NCBI GenBank assembly: GCA_024231215.1
Contig: JAAEQR010000142.1
Coordinates: 228,593-292,592 of the forward strand
Source: PVC group bacterium
GTDB taxonomy: Bacteria > Omnitrophota > Gorgyraeia > B26-G9
Direction of reading: 5' to 3'
DNA length: 64,000 nt
Within the stretch, counting starts at the first letter, position 1. Every line of letters begins with the position of its first letter. The notes beneath the pieces were generated by a model, which saw only the letters and a list, made by a program, of their open reading frames with translations, made no database searches and had not been told where the DNA came from. The position numbers and the translations under genes are program-made. This document shows positions 49,741 to 59,116 of the stretch, piece by piece.

Positions 49741-51213
49741 TTAAATTGCCTGTTCTAAAACAAGCGAAGATTCTGAAAGAATTTTTTTAAACAGTTTAAA
49801 ATTGTCCTGCATAATTGCAAAAGAGCTTTTTTCTTTTACTAATATCTTCAACATATCTTTTTTTATCATTGTCAATATCTTATCACTACTGACACCACCC
49901 TGCAACAGCTTGTATATATACTTATCTGTCAAACCAAAAATTTCAAATTTTTCCATTATTTTAAACGAATCTTCTTCTAAAAATTCCGGATCATGCATAA
50001 CATCTTCTACGACCGAAGCAAATATCTCCCAAGCTTCAACATATCTTTCAGCACCCTTGGCAGAATCCAGAATTTGATTAGCTACATAAAACATGGTCCT
50101 TTCCAGATATTCAGGATATTTATTCTCTCTGGCAAAAAATTTGGATATAATGTCAAATTTTTTACCCATTTTTTCTTTTAAAGAATCAACATCTCCTCTA
50201 AAAAAACACTCTTTAATAAATTCTTCACCAAATTTATCCATTAACTTTTCTACAAATAACAGCTCTCCCGGATAAGAATTACATAGACGAAATAAAACAG
50301 TTGGATCATTGGATTCTAAATACACAGTACCGGCAAAATTAAATATTCCTGTCTTGGGAAATCTATCGGACATAATTTCTTCTTTGATCTTATCGGTAAC
50401 TTTCGAAGAACCTTTGAGTATTTTTTCCATATCTTTTTTTTCAAGATAAGTAACAATACCTTCACTTAATACTCTGTTAATACCCCCTTTATTCTCGATA
50501 CGACCTCTTTTATGCCATTCTTCATGAACCAAAGAATCTAACACACTGAACATAGTACCCATTTGTTTCTTTTTAAGAAAAATAATCCCGGTATTACTAT
50601 CATCGTTTTCAGTAAAAGTAATAACTCTTGCAAACGAATTTGCCCAATTAAAGTGCAAAGCATGCACCAATACTGAATGATCATCTATGAAAAATATTTC
50701 TTCAAAGTTTAACTCAGGCATAATATCCTCTTTTATTAACACCAAAGCCTCTTGCTGCATTTGTGTCGGACGAGAACTATATTCCCTCAATACACTCAAT
50801 GCCATTTTATAAGTTTTCACCCGGGACAATCTACGATTAATTTCACGAGCTTTTTTTAAAATTTTATCCCCATTTTTTACTATCTTTTCAAACAAAAAGG
50901 CTATATTTAAATTTGACTGCTCTTCCAAGTTCTTTTTTCTCTTACGCTGTTTTTTTTCATGCAAAGCTATCGCTGATCGCACCATTTCCTTGACCCTTTC
51001 TGCCAAGAAAACCTCACGACTATCGCTCTTTTGCCTACCCTTAATCTCAATATCTAAAAAATGCTTATATCCTTGAATAAAAACGTCCTTATGCACATTA
51101 ATATTCGGCGACAACGCATAAGCCTGATTAATTGGACAAAAAAACTGCACAATAATCAATCCAACAAGCGTAAATAGCACTAATTTATGTTTTCCAGAAA
51201 TGTCTACACTCAT
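49741..51213 (-). CDS. Secreted hypothetical protein, probable gluzincin-type zinc metallopeptidase
   Basis: Signal peptide ending AYA|LSP, HEEWH (HExxH) and downstream LSEG; AT-rich. Confidence 0.6.
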   Translation of the reverse strand: MSVDISGKHKLVLFTLVGLIIVQFFCPINQAYALSPNINVHKDVFIQGYKHFLDIEIKGRQKSDSREVFLAERVKEMVRSAIALHEKKQRKRKKNLEEQSNLNIAFLFEKIVKNGDKILKKAREINRRLSRVKTYKMALSVLREYSSRPTQMQQEALVLIKEDIMPELNFEEIFFIDDHSVLVHALHFNWANSFARVITFTENDDSNTGIIFLKKKQMGTMFSVLDSLVHEEWHKRGRIENKGGINRVLSEGIVTYLEKKDMEKILKGSSKVTDKIKEEIMSDRFPKTGIFNFAGTVYLESNDPTVLFRLCNSYPGELLFVEKLMDKFGEEFIKECFFRGDVDSLKEKMGKKFDIISKFFARENKYPEYLERTMFYVANQILDSAKGAERYVEAWEIFASVVEDVMHDPEFLEEDSFKIMEKFEIFGLTDKYIYKLLQGGVSSDKILTMIKKDMLKILVKEKSSFAIMQDNFKLFKKILSESSLVLEQAI

Positions 51214-51318
51214 ATAAACCCAACCCCGTTAATAAAACCTATTAATTTCAAGCTAATGTTAAGCATTTTAAAAGTGTTAAAGTATACCACATATTTGATT
51301 TTTTGCAAGATTAAAGGA

Positions 51319-51348
51319 TTGACATAATCCCCTGTCTCATGATATAGT
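51319..51348 (+). promoter_or_regulatory. sigma70 promoter of tRNA-Ala
   Basis: TTGACA-18 bp-TATAGT (TGn extended) 20 bp before the tRNA. Confidence 0.65.
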
Positions 51349-51367
51349 TTCAACTATAAATTTCGGT

Positions 51368-51443
51368 GGGGTTGTAGCTCAGCTGGGAGAGTACATGACT
51401 GGCAGTCATGGGGTCGGGGGTTCGAGCCCCCCCAGCTCCACCA
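51368..51443 (+). tRNA. tRNA-Ala (GGC)
   Basis: 76 nt cloverleaf, G3-U70 pair, anticodon arm CATGA-CTGGCAG-TCATG, TTCGA T-loop, encoded CCA. Confidence 0.97.
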
Positions 51444-51483
51444 AAAAAAACACCTATTTCTTTAGAAGTAGGTGTTTTTTTTA
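51444..51483 (+). terminator. Intrinsic terminator after tRNA-Ala
   Basis: AAACACCTATTTCT-TT-AGAAGTAGGTGTTTTTTT. Confidence 0.85.
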
Positions 51484-51574
51484 AAGAAGTTCATGTATGA
51501 CTCGAACCCCAGGCATCCGCAAGATGCGACACGACGTTCAGCCCCCCCCCGATGATCTCTATTGAAAAATTCAC

Positions 51575-51603
51575 TTGCAAAGCACTCTATTGCCTACTAT
51601 AAT
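51575..51603 (+). promoter_or_regulatory. sigma70 promoter of the nfeD-floA operon
   Basis: TTGCAA-17 bp-TATAAT. Confidence 0.65.
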
Positions 51604-51632
51604 TAGACATACCTTAAAAGTGGCATTCTATT

Positions 51633-53099
51633 ATGAAAAAAATACTTATATTTTTATTTATATTCAGCCTGTTTTTCTCCATCATCAGCCTGGATTCTTT
51701 TTCTGAGTCTATTTCTGAAACTATTTACAATATCCCCATAAAAGGCGTGATTGATTTAGGGTTATCTGCATTTGTAAAAAGAAGTGTTCAAGATGCCAAA
51801 GATAAGAATGCTAAAGTTGTAGTACTTGAGATCGACACCCTCGGCGGCAGAGTTGATGCTGCAGAAGAAATAATCCTCGTGATTCAGGAGCTATCCATTC
51901 CTACTTATGCTTATATCACAAATAATGCCTGGTCTGCCGGAGCATTAATCGCTCTATCTTGCAAAGAAATCATTATGAAAACCGGTTCATCTATCGGCTC
52001 AGCTGAACCACGCACTATGGGAGTTAGCTCTTCTCCAGAAGCTACCGACGAGAAAATGATCTCTGCTTTGCGCGCTAAATTTAGGGCTACAGCTGAAGCT
52101 AACAATCACTCTTTAAACCTTGCTCAGGCAATGGTCGATAAAGATATCGAATTAATACAGATAGACTTTAAAGATGAAAATTTAATCCTGACAAAAGAAG
52201 AACTGGAAAAGAAAAAAGAAGAATTCTCTAAGAGAAGCTTTAAAAATGAAACAGTTATCAGCCCGCAGGGAAAACTCCTTAATCTTACAGCTGATGAATC
52301 ATTAAATATCAAACTATCCTCACTAACCGTAGGATCAGACAAAGAATTTTGGGATTATATAAAAAATAAATTTTTTAAAGACTTATTAGAAAACCCTAAA
52401 ATCATCAAACCCTCCCTTACTTGGTCGGAAAATATCGTAAGAGTACTTACTCACCCTATAGTCAGTTCCCTGCTTTTAACTTTAGGCTTCCTAGGTTTAA
52501 TCTTTGAACTGAAAATACCAGGCTGGGGAATTGGCGGAACACTTGGTGTTATTTTCTTAATTCTATTTTTCTGGGGCCACTATTTAGTCGGGCTGGCCAA
52601 TTGGGTGGATATTCTGATCTTTGTTGTTGGCATCGGATTGATAATACTTGAGATCTTTGTTATTCCAGGCTTTGGAATAGCCGGAGTTTTAGGTATAATT
52701 TTCATCTTTACCGGATTGATATTAACTTTAGTGAAAAACCCGTTCACAATGCCCTCTTTTGAACTGCGTACTGCATTTAATATCGTATCCTATGCGTTCA
52801 TCTCCAGTTTTGTTCTTCTGGTACTCTCATTCAAGTTTATTCCCCGTACTGCGTTCTGGAAACGCCTACAGCTCGATGCCGAAGAAAAAAAAGGTCTTGG
52901 ATTCCAGACAAAATCCTTGCCAGAACAAATATGTATTGGTAAAATAGGACAGGCTAAAACAATATTAAGACCATCTGGCCGAGCAGTTTTTGACAATACG
53001 ACAATAGACGTCACCACCTTTGGTGAATTTATTGATAAAGGAAAACAGATTAAAATAGCTAAAATTGAAGGAAATAAAGTATTTGTCGAAAAAACATAG
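51633..53099 (+). CDS. NfeD/YqeZ membrane-bound serine protease (ClpP-like domain, TMs, OB fold)
   Basis: EIDTLGGRVD, AWSAGALIAL, EKMISALR, LRPSG. Confidence 0.92.
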   Translation: MKKILIFLFIFSLFFSIISLDSFSESISETIYNIPIKGVIDLGLSAFVKRSVQDAKDKNAKVVVLEIDTLGGRVDAAEEIILVIQELSIPTYAYITNNAWSAGALIALSCKEIIMKTGSSIGSAEPRTMGVSSSPEATDEKMISALRAKFRATAEANNHSLNLAQAMVDKDIELIQIDFKDENLILTKEELEKKKEEFSKRSFKNETVISPQGKLLNLTADESLNIKLSSLTVGSDKEFWDYIKNKFFKDLLENPKIIKPSLTWSENIVRVLTHPIVSSLLLTLGFLGLIFELKIPGWGIGGTLGVIFLILFFWGHYLVGLANWVDILIFVVGIGLIILEIFVIPGFGIAGVLGIIFIFTGLILTLVKNPFTMPSFELRTAFNIVSYAFISSFVLLVLSFKFIPRTAFWKRLQLDAEEKKGLGFQTKSLPEQICIGKIGQAKTILRPSGRAVFDNTTIDVTTFGEFIDKGKQIKIAKIEGNKVFVEKT

Positions 53100-53108
53100 G
53101 GGGATTAA

Positions 53109-53585
53109 ATGCCTATTTGGCTTACAATAATTGCGCTTTTTGTGATCGGTTTCATTCTTATCCTTATTGAAGTAGTTATTATTCCAGGCATTGGACTAGC
53201 CGGAATATTAGGCGCTGTATCTATTGGCGCAGCTTGTTACACGGCCTTTACCAATTTAAGTCCTATTATCGGAGGCCTCCTTTCTCTTGTTAGTATCATT
53301 TTAGTTATAATTCTATTTAAAATATTACCCAAAACATCTGCCTGGAAAAAAACCCGGTTAGCACTGACCCAGAAAAAACAAATGGGTTATCAGGTTGCCC
53401 CCAAAGAATTTAAAACACTGATTAATAAAACCGGCACAACATTAACAATACTCCGTCCCAGTGGCACAGCATTAATTGGGGATAAACGCTATGACGTTGT
53501 TGCTGACTGTGAGTTTATTGAAAAAGATAAAGCAATTGTTGTCTCGGAAGTTGAAGGAATTAGAATAGTCGTAAAAGAAGTTTAA
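53109..53585 (+). CDS. Short NfeD-like protein
   Basis: IEVVIIPGIGLAGILG TMs plus LRPSG OB fold. Confidence 0.88.
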   Translation: MPIWLTIIALFVIGFILILIEVVIIPGIGLAGILGAVSIGAACYTAFTNLSPIIGGLLSLVSIILVIILFKILPKTSAWKKTRLALTQKKQMGYQVAPKEFKTLINKTGTTLTILRPSGTALIGDKRYDVVADCEFIEKDKAIVVSEVEGIRIVVKEV

Positions 53586-53688
53586 AATGTTACTACTAGT
53601 ATTTTTCTTGTTCTTTTTGGATTTTAGTTATTGAATATTGATATTTATTTGGAATTTGTTATCTGGAATTTAACGAAAGGAGCATTGT

Positions 53689-54678
53689 ATGCCTATTTTT
53701 GCGTTTGTAATTATCATTGTTGCGTTTTTCTTTTTGTTTGTCTATTTCATTCCGGTCAGACTATGGATATCAGCCATAGCTTCCGGAGTAACCATGTCCC
53801 TGTTTAATTTATTTGGAATGAGACTTAGAAAAGTCGATCCTTATGTTATTGTTCCATCGATAATCATGAGTCATAAAGCCGGATTAACGGTAAATACCGA
53901 TGCCCTAGAAGCTCATTATCTTGCCGGTGGAGATATAATCCGTGTAGTAAAAGCATTAATCTCAGCAGATAAAGCAAATTTAGATCTTAAATTTGAAAAA
54001 GCCTGCGCAATAGACCTTGCCGGCCGTGATGTTTTAGAAGCAGTTAAAACATCGGTAAATCCTAAGGTTATTGACGCGCCTAAATCGGGATTGCTTTCAG
54101 CTGTAGCTAAAGACGGAATTGAAGTACGCGCTCGCGCCAGAGTAACTGTACGCGCAAATATTGAACGTCTTGTTGGTGGTGCAGTTGAAGATACAATTAT
54201 TGCACGTGTCGGTGAGGGTATTGTTACGACAATAGGTTCAGCTGCAACGTATAAAGCAGTTTTAGAAAATCCTGATAATATTTCTAAGAATGTTTTAGAA
54301 CGCGGTCTTGACGCGGGAACCGCATTTGAAATACTCTCAATTGATATTGCTGATGTTGATGTCGGCAGAAACATCGGAGCAAAACTTCAGACAGATCAGG
54401 CTGATGCAGATTTAAAAGTCGCACAGGCACGCGCAGAAACCAGACGTGCTATGGCTGTAGCGCAAGAACAGGAAATGAAAGCAAGAACCGAAGAAATGCG
54501 AGCCCGTGTAGTTGAAGCGGAATCAGAAGTTCCTAAGGCCATTGCTTATGCATTCAGAGAAGGAAAACTTGGGATTATGGACTATTACAATTTGAAAAAC
54601 ATCCAAGCTGACACCAAAATGCGTGATCAGATCGGTGGCATAGATCAAAATTCTGATCAGGACAAACCGGAGAATTAA
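53689..54678 (+). CDS. floA: Flotillin-like protein FloA (YqfA/UPF0365)
   Basis: [41 protein letters not shown]. Confidence 0.95.
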   Translation: MPIFAFVIIIVAFFFLFVYFIPVRLWISAIASGVTMSLFNLFGMRLRKVDPYVIVPSIIMSHKAGLTVNTDALEAHYLAGGDIIRVVKALISADKANLDLKFEKACAIDLAGRDVLEAVKTSVNPKVIDAPKSGLLSAVAKDGIEVRARARVTVRANIERLVGGAVEDTIIARVGEGIVTTIGSAATYKAVLENPDNISKNVLERGLDAGTAFEILSIDIADVDVGRNIGAKLQTDQADADLKVAQARAETRRAMAVAQEQEMKARTEEMRARVVEAESEVPKAIAYAFREGKLGIMDYYNLKNIQADTKMRDQIGGIDQNSDQDKPEN

Positions 54679-54687
54679 TACATCCAT

Positions 54688-55191
54688 ATGGAAGGTTTAT
54701 TTAAATTTATATTTTACGGTATAATTATTGTGGTCTGGGCTATTTCCAATGCCAAGAAAAAAGGCAGATGGGATGATGAAGTTCCTGATTTTTCAGGTGA
54801 TTCTATCCCCCCTGCCAAACCACGTCCAAAACCAGTTTATCAAGCGCCTTCACATGAGGGAGAAATTAAACAGCCATCATATTCCAGGCCAAAACCTCCT
54901 TCGGATAAATACAGCACTGCTTATGAAAAAAAACTTGCGCAAAGAAAAAAAAGACTAGAGACGTTAAAAACCAAACAAAAACCCGAACCAGAACAAACTC
55001 CTCTCCCCTTATATTCCGAACCAAAAGAAAAAGTTAAAGTAAACTCCCAGCCTTTTTTACATACATCCACAAAGAAAAAAGGATATATCTTGCAAAGCCC
55101 GCCAAAAGAAGGTATACTATGGTCTATTGTTTTAGGATCACCACGATCTAAAACACGTTTTGATTGGACAAATCCTCCAATTAGAAAATAG
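54688..55191 (+). CDS. Hypothetical protein (YqfB-like position), Pro/Lys-rich
   Basis: N-terminal TM, C-terminal GILWSIVLGSPRS motif typical of genes following floA. Confidence 0.7.
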   Translation: MEGLFKFIFYGIIIVVWAISNAKKKGRWDDEVPDFSGDSIPPAKPRPKPVYQAPSHEGEIKQPSYSRPKPPSDKYSTAYEKKLAQRKKRLETLKTKQKPEPEQTPLPLYSEPKEKVKVNSQPFLHTSTKKKGYILQSPPKEGILWSIVLGSPRSKTRFDWTNPPIRK

Positions 55192-55197
55192 AACTTT

Positions 55198-55284
55198 GCC
55201 GAGGTGGCGGAATTGGCATACGCGTCGGTCTCAAACACCGATGGGGGCAACCCCATGTGGGTTCAAGTCCCACCCTCGGCACCA
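55198..55284 (+). tRNA. tRNA-Leu (CAA)
   Basis: GCCGAGG/CCTCGGC acceptor stem, anticodon arm TCGGT-CTCAAAC-ACCGA, long variable arm, CCA. Confidence 0.96.
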
Positions 55285-55301
55285 ATAAGTATATCCCAAC
55301 A

Positions 55302-55439
55302 GGGACTTGAAGCAAGCTTAACGCCGACCTCATGGGAGGAAAAGCGAGCAGGACTGTGAGCGACAGTGAAGCGGGTGGGCCTGCGCAGCAAAAATTAGGA
55401 CAATTTTTGTGTAGTAGGCAAGTCCCACCCTCGGCACCA
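55302..55439 (+). repeat. tRNA-Leu-linked element ending in a 21-bp duplication of the tRNA 3' end
   Basis: CAAGTCCCACCCTCGGCACCA at 55264-55284 and 55419-55439; inverted T-arm copy GGGACTTGAA at 55302. Confidence 0.85.
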
Positions 55440-55484
55440 GTAAATAATATTTCTATAGCAATACATTAAAAGTGCAGGAACACG

Positions 55485-55820
55485 ATGATAAAACTCTGGA
55501 TAGGTTTTATTCTATTAATACTCTTAGCAGGCATTTTAGTTATGCTTATCTCTGAAGGGCACGAATATAAATGCCAACTGCCAAACGGCGGATATTTGGT
55601 TATTCGCTGGAATGAAAAACATCGAAAAATAGAATTACTAAAATGGCAGCCCCAAGGAAAAGCCTCACTTCCCCCTGAAAATATAATCAAAATACATGAG
55701 GAAAAAAAAGGTGATGGGGAAGAAGAAGAAAAAGAACCAGAGAAAACCTTGCGTTGGAAAGCTAAAGGCAAACCCAAGCCCCCTCCGGAAAACATCATAA
55801 AGATACACAAAGAAGATTAA
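55485..55820 (+). CDS. Hypothetical small membrane-anchored protein with an internal repeat
   Basis: N-terminal TM; W..KGK...PPENIIKIH motif twice; CAGGA SD. Confidence 0.65.
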   Translation: MIKLWIGFILLILLAGILVMLISEGHEYKCQLPNGGYLVIRWNEKHRKIELLKWQPQGKASLPPENIIKIHEEKKGDGEEEEKEPEKTLRWKAKGKPKPPPENIIKIHKED

Positions 55821-55845
55821 TTATTATCACTTCAAGAAAAGTTTT

Positions 55846-56652
55846 TTAGATCAGACAAATTACTTTGGTAGGACACACATCAATACACTTCTTACAACCA
55901 ATACATTCAGCATAATCAATTTTGGCCAGATTATTTTCAATAGTTATTGCTTTTACCGGGCAAGCTTTTACACATTTGCCGCAGGCAATACAGCCAACTT
56001 TGCAATTTTTCATAACCTGAGCCCCTTTGTCTTGGGAGCTGCAATTAATATACACTTTATTTTTACCCTTAGGCTGAATCATTTCAATTATATTGCGAGG
56101 ACAAACCGCAATACACTTTTCACAACTGCGGCACTTATGTCCAATAACTTTCGGAACGCCTTCCGGTTGCATTTTAATTGCGTCAAACGGACACACCCGA
56201 ATACAGGTTCCCTGTCCTACACACGCATATTTACACTCTTTATGACCTCCTAAATACAGAACTGCAGACCGGCAATCTTCTAACCCTTGATAATCAAACT
56301 TATTTTTACAACGAGTGCCTCCGCCGCAGGCAATAACCGCAATTTTTTTAACCTGAGTATCCTTATCTGGAGATGATATTCCTAAAACTTCCGCGATTTT
56401 TTGTTTATTCTCACCACTACAAGCCACACAAAAAGCAAGCTCTGTCTTATTTTCTACTAAGGCCTCGGCAAAACTAGCACATCCGGCCAAGCCGCAAGCT
56501 CCGCAATTAGCTCCCGGCAAGAAATCTTTAATCTTAACCACACGAGGATCTTCCTCAATATGAAATTTTTTTGAGGCCCATGCCAATAATAAACCAAACG
56601 CTAACCCTAAACCAGCTAAACTTGCAACAGCAAATATTATCGCTTTCATCAC
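55846..56652 (-). CDS. rnfB: Rnf complex subunit B (polyferredoxin)
   Basis: N-terminal [16 protein letters not shown], multiple CxxCxxCxxxCP motifs. Confidence 0.93.
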   Translation of the reverse strand: MMKAIIFAVASLAGLGLAFGLLLAWASKKFHIEEDPRVVKIKDFLPGANCGACGLAGCASFAEALVENKTELAFCVACSGENKQKIAEVLGISSPDKDTQVKKIAVIACGGGTRCKNKFDYQGLEDCRSAVLYLGGHKECKYACVGQGTCIRVCPFDAIKMQPEGVPKVIGHKCRSCEKCIAVCPRNIIEMIQPKGKNKVYINCSSQDKGAQVMKNCKVGCIACGKCVKACPVKAITIENNLAKIDYAECIGCKKCIDVCPTKVICLI

Positions 56653-57629
56653 ATATTTCCAAATCTTTTCGGCACGACAAATCTATCAATCAAAGGCGTT
56701 GCCGCGTTCATAATTAAAATTGAATAAGAAACACCTTCCGGATAACCACCCCATAAACGAATAATACCGGTTATAATTCCGCAGCCAATCCCAAAAATCA
56801 ATTGTCCTTTTTTAGTAATCGGTCCGGTCACATAATCAGTCGCCATATAAAAAGCTCCCATGATCAGTCCCCCGGAAAGAATATGCATTAGAAAATCACC
56901 GTTAAAAAACCCTTCACCGGCAAAAACCCAGGCAAATACAGCAACTGTAGTTATATAACTCAACGGGGTATGCCAGGAAATATACTTTTTGTATATTAAA
57001 AAAGCTGCGCCTAAAATCAAGGCCAGAACACAGGCCTCTCCAATACATCCGCCCCTAAATCCGAGGAATAAATCCCGATAAGAAAAATTTATCATTTCAC
57101 CGGCAGACAACATATTATTCTGACTAAATCCATCTTTAAAAATCGCTAGAGGAGTCGGCGCGGTTACTGCATCAACATTTAACGGTGCCGGCCATCTGGT
57201 CATAAGTACAGGAAAACTGGCCATCAAAAACACTCTACCAATTAAAGCTGGGTTAAAAATATTAAATCCCAGTCCCCCAAAAACTATCTTTCCAAATAAA
57301 ATAGCCACAAAACTACCCAGAAAAGCGAGCCACAAAGGCGATTGTGGCGGCACATTATAGGCTACCAGCAATCCGGTCAAAACAGCACTACCGTCACTAA
57401 CAGTTAATGCCTTTTTCTGTACTGTACAACAGCACCATTCAGTAGCAACCGCCCCTAAGATCGCGCTTAAGATTATCCACAACGTAGATAGCCCGAAAAT
57501 ATATATACTCATAAAACCTGAGGGCAATAGACAGAAAAATACTGTCCACATAATCTTAGTCGTAGTCTCCCCGGAATGTATATGGGGAGAACTAGACACT
57601 TTTAGGTTAATTCCAGCTATTTTACTCAT
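56649..57629 (-). CDS. rnfD: Rnf complex subunit D
   Basis: [42 protein letters not shown]; ATG 57629 overlaps the rnfC stop (ATGA). Confidence 0.95.
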   Translation of the reverse strand: MSKIAGINLKVSSSPHIHSGETTTKIMWTVFFCLLPSGFMSIYIFGLSTLWIILSAILGAVATEWCCCTVQKKALTVSDGSAVLTGLLVAYNVPPQSPLWLAFLGSFVAILFGKIVFGGLGFNIFNPALIGRVFLMASFPVLMTRWPAPLNVDAVTAPTPLAIFKDGFSQNNMLSAGEMINFSYRDLFLGFRGGCIGEACVLALILGAAFLIYKKYISWHTPLSYITTVAVFAWVFAGEGFFNGDFLMHILSGGLIMGAFYMATDYVTGPITKKGQLIFGIGCGIITGIIRLWGGYPEGVSYSILIMNAATPLIDRFVVPKRFGNM

Positions 57630-58924
57630 TTCAATACTGCCTTTATTAATCGGATATACTCTACAATACGTCGTTGTGCCGGACATACATATGTACATGC
57701 ACCGCATTCCATACAATCAAAAGGGGTATATTTAGAAGCCCTCTCAAAACGTTCATTTTCACCGCAAATACTCAAGGCATACGGCAACATATTCATAGGG
57801 CATACATCTATGCAGCGTCCGCAACGAATACATGGCTGTTCATTTTTCTTTTCCAGCTCATCTTCTGAAAAAATTAATATTCCAGAAGTACCTTTAATAA
57901 CCGGAACATCCTCGCTGCACTGAGCCAGGCCCATCATCGGCCCTCCCATAATGATCTTGGCTGGAACTTGAGTCGTTCCTCCACAATAAGCAATAAGTTC
58001 TGAAAATTTTGTCCCTACGCGTACCCTCAAATTGGCTGGTTCTTTTACAATCTTGCCAGTAACCGTAACTACACGTTCGTAAAGTGGTTTGCCATCGTAT
58101 ATAGCCTCATAGACAGCCAGCACTGTACCAACATTACTAACAACCACTCCCACATCCAAAGGAAGCTTGCCTGCGGGAACTTCCCTATCTACAATCGCTT
58201 TAATTAATTGCTTTTCCGCACCTTGCGGATATTTAGCTTTTAAAGGAACTACTGTTATCGGCAGCTTCATCTGGACTATTTTATTACGCATAGCCCTGAT
58301 CGCCTCTGGTTTATCTTCTTCTATTCCAATATATACTGCCTCTGTTTGGAGTATTTTTTTGAGAATTAAAACCCCTCTTAGAATATCTTTTGTCTTCTCC
58401 AGCATCAGCCTAAAATCGCAGGTCAAATAAGGTTCACATTCAACCCCGTTTATAATCAGGGTATCTATCTGTTTAGGTGGGCTCAATTTAACATGCGTGG
58501 GAAAAGCCGCTCCTCCTAAGCCCACAATACCTGTTTCTTTAACAATTTCCCGCAATTTATCGTTAGACAAGGATTCAACGTTCTGACGTGACTTAATAGA
58601 GCTGTCCAACTCATCATTGCCATCAGAATCAACCACTACTGATTGACAGCGACCGATCACCGGATGATTATATTCAGCAATCTTACTAACTGTGCCGGAA
58701 ATACTGGAATGAATACAGCTGGATATAAATCCCGTACTCTCACCGATTTTCTGTCCTGTTTTAACCTTATCTCCTTGTTTGACTATAAGTTGAGAGTTTT
58801 TACCGGTATGTTGACTTAACGGAATTATTACCTGAGAAGGTAACGGCAAGCTAACTATTTGCTTATCTTTACTAAAATCTTTAAATCCATGTATATGTTT
58901 CCCACCTGGAAACGTCTGTAGCAT
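57626..58924 (-). CDS. rnfC: Rnf complex subunit C
   Basis: GIVGLGGAAFPTHVKL, ECEPYLTCD, YPQGAEKQLI, GGPMMG, two 4Fe-4S motifs. Confidence 0.95.
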   Translation of the reverse strand: MLQTFPGGKHIHGFKDFSKDKQIVSLPLPSQVIIPLSQHTGKNSQLIVKQGDKVKTGQKIGESTGFISSCIHSSISGTVSKIAEYNHPVIGRCQSVVVDSDGNDELDSSIKSRQNVESLSNDKLREIVKETGIVGLGGAAFPTHVKLSPPKQIDTLIINGVECEPYLTCDFRLMLEKTKDILRGVLILKKILQTEAVYIGIEEDKPEAIRAMRNKIVQMKLPITVVPLKAKYPQGAEKQLIKAIVDREVPAGKLPLDVGVVVSNVGTVLAVYEAIYDGKPLYERVVTVTGKIVKEPANLRVRVGTKFSELIAYCGGTTQVPAKIIMGGPMMGLAQCSEDVPVIKGTSGILIFSEDELEKKNEQPCIRCGRCIDVCPMNMLPYALSICGENERFERASKYTPFDCMECGACTYVCPAQRRIVEYIRLIKAVLK

Positions 58925-59014
58925 ACTATATTCCTCTGTTTAAAGTGATGTTTATTGTCATTTATACTACCATAAATCATTATAATTGCAAACAACTTTT
59001 ATTAACAAATTATA

Positions 59015-59043
59015 TTGACACTATTTTTCGATTATGCTATAGT
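59015..59043 (+). promoter_or_regulatory. sigma70 promoter of cheC and the Cys-rich miniprotein
   Basis: TTGACA-17 bp-TATAGT with extended TG; the ORF-track TTG start is this -35 box. Confidence 0.7.
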
Positions 59044-59116
59044 TAAAAAAGCCATAAGTATCTTTAAAATAGAATCTTTCATACTCGCAGTGGGGATAAG
59101 AAGGTCTTCAAACTTT

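Noticed and set aside
54921-55256. Minus-strand 111-aa ORF starting MGLPPSVFETDAYANSATSA
   Set aside because: Its N-terminus is the antisense translation of tRNA-Leu
55264-55439. attL/attR of a prophage or genomic island
   Set aside because: Only 134 bp lie between the repeats and there is no integrase; kept as a mini-element finding instead
56647-56652. Selenocysteine or readthrough fusion of rnfD to rnfB at TGA
   Set aside because: rnfB is in a different frame and a second in-frame TGA follows; this is ordinary translational coupling
59015-59116. TTG-start N-terminal extension of cheC (likewise 35440-35523 for the coiled-coil gene)
   Set aside because: The TTG is the start of a TTGACA -35-like box; downstream ATGs fit the family start or an SD better
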